DNA of 64,000 bases from an uncultured Thiomicrospira sp. Lineage in GTDB: Bacteria > Pseudomonadota > Gammaproteobacteria > CAKMZV01. The notes under the pieces were generated by a model, which searched no databases, had not been told where the DNA came from, and worked only from the letters and a program-made list of their open reading frames with translations. The position numbers and the translations under genes were made by a program. Positions 62,137 through 64,000 of this stretch are shown here, one piece after another; the stretch's first letter is position 1, and each line of letters starts with the position of its first letter. The stretch is taken from positions 544,001-608,000 of the forward strand of contig OZ239628.1 in the NCBI GenBank assembly GCA_965195345.1, in the 5' to 3' direction.

Positions 62137-63204
62137 TTAATACAGTGGCAATTGGTCAGAAGAATCGTCAAGAGAAGAAAGGTTCGACACACTTAGACCA
62201 AGAAGGCGTACCTTTAATTTTTCACAAGAGGTTCTTTCTAATAAAATTTTCAACCAAGGACGGATGCTGGCAGAGTCGTTAAATGGTGACGGGTAACTGT
62301 GAGAGCGGGTAACGATTTTGAAGTTTGGATATTTGACTTTGAGCGTTAATGTTTTGGCGTAGAGTTGTTTTTTTTTGAGTGAGATGGATAACTTATCCGA
62401 CATTTGATACAACTTTTCAAGCATTTGTTCAATGTTGAATAAGTCTTGCTGAAATGTCGACTCTATACCGATGGAGCGTCTTTTTGCCCGACCACCTACT
62501 GAACGGTTATCGATGCCACGTACAATATCGTAGTACCATGCACCGCTTTTACCAAAATGTTTAATTAATTCAATTCTACTTTGTTGTCCAAGTTCCATTC
62601 CTGTTTTTATTCCTAGGGCTTTCATGCGCTTTTCTGTTACTTTGCCGATGCCATAAAAACGTCCAATAGGCAATTGATGTAGCCAGTTCTGAGCGTCTTT
62701 TGGCAAGATTACTTTTTGTCCATTGGGTTTGTTTTCATCGGATGCCACTTTTGCAAGAAATTTGTTGTAAGAAATGCCTGCGGAAGCAGTTAAGTTCAAC
62801 TCAGTAAAGATTTGCCTGCGGATTGCTTGAGCAATCAAGGTTGCTGAACCATGGTGTTCTGTGCAAAAGCTTACATCAAGGTAAGCTTCATCGAGTGATA
62901 AAGGCTCTATTATTTCTGTATATTGTTTAAATATGTTGAGGATGTTAGCTGAGACTTGTCGATAAACCTCAAAACGAGGAGCAACAAAAATCGCTTGAGG
63001 GCAGCGTTTATACGCAACAGAAGAGGACATCGCTGAGTGGATGCCAAATGTTCTTGCTTCATAACTACAAGCAGCAACGACTCCTCTTGAGTTGGGTTGT
63101 CCACCGACAACCAATGGTTTTCCCCTATATTCTGGAAAATCACGTTGTTCTACTGAAGCAAAGAAAGCATCCATGTCAACATGGATAATCTTTCTTTTCT
63201 GCAT
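62137..63204 (-). CDS. dinB: DNA polymerase IV
   Basis: KIIHVDMDAFFASVE, CSYEAR, SLDEAYLD, KFLAKVASD, GIGKVT. Confidence 0.97.
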   Translation of the reverse strand: MQKRKIIHVDMDAFFASVEQRDFPEYRGKPLVVGGQPNSRGVVAACSYEARTFGIHSAMSSSVAYKRCPQAIFVAPRFEVYRQVSANILNIFKQYTEIIEPLSLDEAYLDVSFCTEHHGSATLIAQAIRRQIFTELNLTASAGISYNKFLAKVASDENKPNGQKVILPKDAQNWLHQLPIGRFYGIGKVTEKRMKALGIKTGMELGQQSRIELIKHFGKSGAWYYDIVRGIDNRSVGGRAKRRSIGIESTFQQDLFNIEQMLEKLYQMSDKLSISLKKKQLYAKTLTLKVKYPNFKIVTRSHSYPSPFNDSASIRPWLKILLERTSCEKLKVRLLGLSVSNLSSLDDSSDQLPLY

Positions 63205-63239
63205 TGCGTAGTAACTCAATAAATAAAATTTATGCTATT

Positions 63240-64000
63240 TTAATTGCTCAGAGTATCAAAGGCAATCTTGACTTTATCGCCCAATTCGGCAGGAGTAGGC
63301 GATATTATGCAACCAGCTAACTCAAGTGCTGCAAATTTTTCAGCAGCAGTGCCTTTCCCCCCAGCAATAATAGCTCCTGCATGTCCCATTCGTTTGCCTT
63401 TTGGAGCAGTGGAACCAGCTATATAGGCAACGACGGGTTTGCTGACGTTATCTTTTATGTATTCAGCTGCTTCTTCTTCAGATGTGCCGCCGATTTCTCC
63501 AACCATTAAGATTACTTCGGTTTGATCGTCTTTTTCAAAGAGTTCAAGGCAGTCAATGAAGTTCATTCCAGGAATTGGATCGCCTCCTATACCAATGCAA
63601 GTACTTTGCCCACGTCCAATATCGGTGGTTTGTTTCACCGCTTCATAGGTGAGAGTGCCAGAGCGTGAGACGATTCCAACTTTACCAGGCAAGTGAATGT
63701 GACCTGGCATAATGCCGATTTTACATTCACCTGGAGTTATGATGCCCGGACAATTGGCGCCGAGTAAGCGTACTCCATGATAGTCAGCTAACATTTTGGC
63801 TTCCAGCATGTCGATTGTTGGAATACCTTCGGTAATACACACAATCAATGATACACCAGAAAAAATTGCTTCGCAGATACTATCTTTGCAAAAAGCCGCT
63901 GGGACATAAATAACACTAGCATCAGCGCCAGTAGCAGAAACAGCTTCTTTGGCAGTGTTGAATACTGGTAGTCCAAGATGCGTGTTGCCGCCTTTGCCAG
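63240..64000 (-). CDS. sucD: succinyl-CoA synthetase alpha subunit (5' end beyond window)
   Basis: frame open to the window edge ([13 protein letters not shown]...); [33 protein letters not shown] (phospho-His). Confidence 0.97.
   Translation of the reverse strand, partial: GKGGNTHLGLPVFNTAKEAVSATGADASVIYVPAAFCKDSICEAIFSGVSLIVCITEGIPTIDMLEAKMLADYHGVRLLGANCPGIITPGECKIGIMPGHIHLPGKVGIVSRSGTLTYEAVKQTTDIGRGQSTCIGIGGDPIPGMNFIDCLELFEKDDQTEVILMVGEIGGTSEEEAAEYIKDNVSKPVVAYIAGSTAPKGKRMGHAGAIIAGGKGTAAEKFAALELAGCIISPTPAELGDKVKIAFDTLSN

Overview
This is a 64-kb, AT-rich, gene-dense chromosomal segment, most likely from a (probably marine) gammaproteobacterium, judging by rpe-trpEGDC, surE-pcm, a sigma32-type groESL promoter, ffh, rne, lpxL, dinB and sucD. 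Most of it is housekeeping genes in unusually shuffled order, mixed with small catabolic modules (TRAP transporter, glcDE, butyrobetaine dioxygenase, an EutA/EutD/PLP-lyase-like trio, and a P4H-like oxygenase + FAD oxidase + enolase-family trio). It also carries an upper mevalonate-pathway operon (hmgR-idi2-hmgS). The stand-out accessory element is a two-gene CBASS anti-phage system at 49.46-51.32 kb: a CdnE-like CD-NTase plus a Cap12-type TIR-STING effector. Its STING domain is unusually compact and has a CxxC motif. A 4.4x 24-bp tandem repeat lies at the cyclase/effector junction and forms a chain of TAATG stop/start overlaps. The cassette sits between what look like decayed hsdM and hsdS remnants of a type I R-M operon. 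Also found: a frameshifted dgkA pseudogene, a 45-aa lipoprotein ORF missing from the ORF track that heads a type I secretion operon, and a GroES with a tri-cysteine roof loop. No rRNA, tRNA, CRISPR array or transposase was recognised. All family assignments come from motif recognition by eye; no database search was run.
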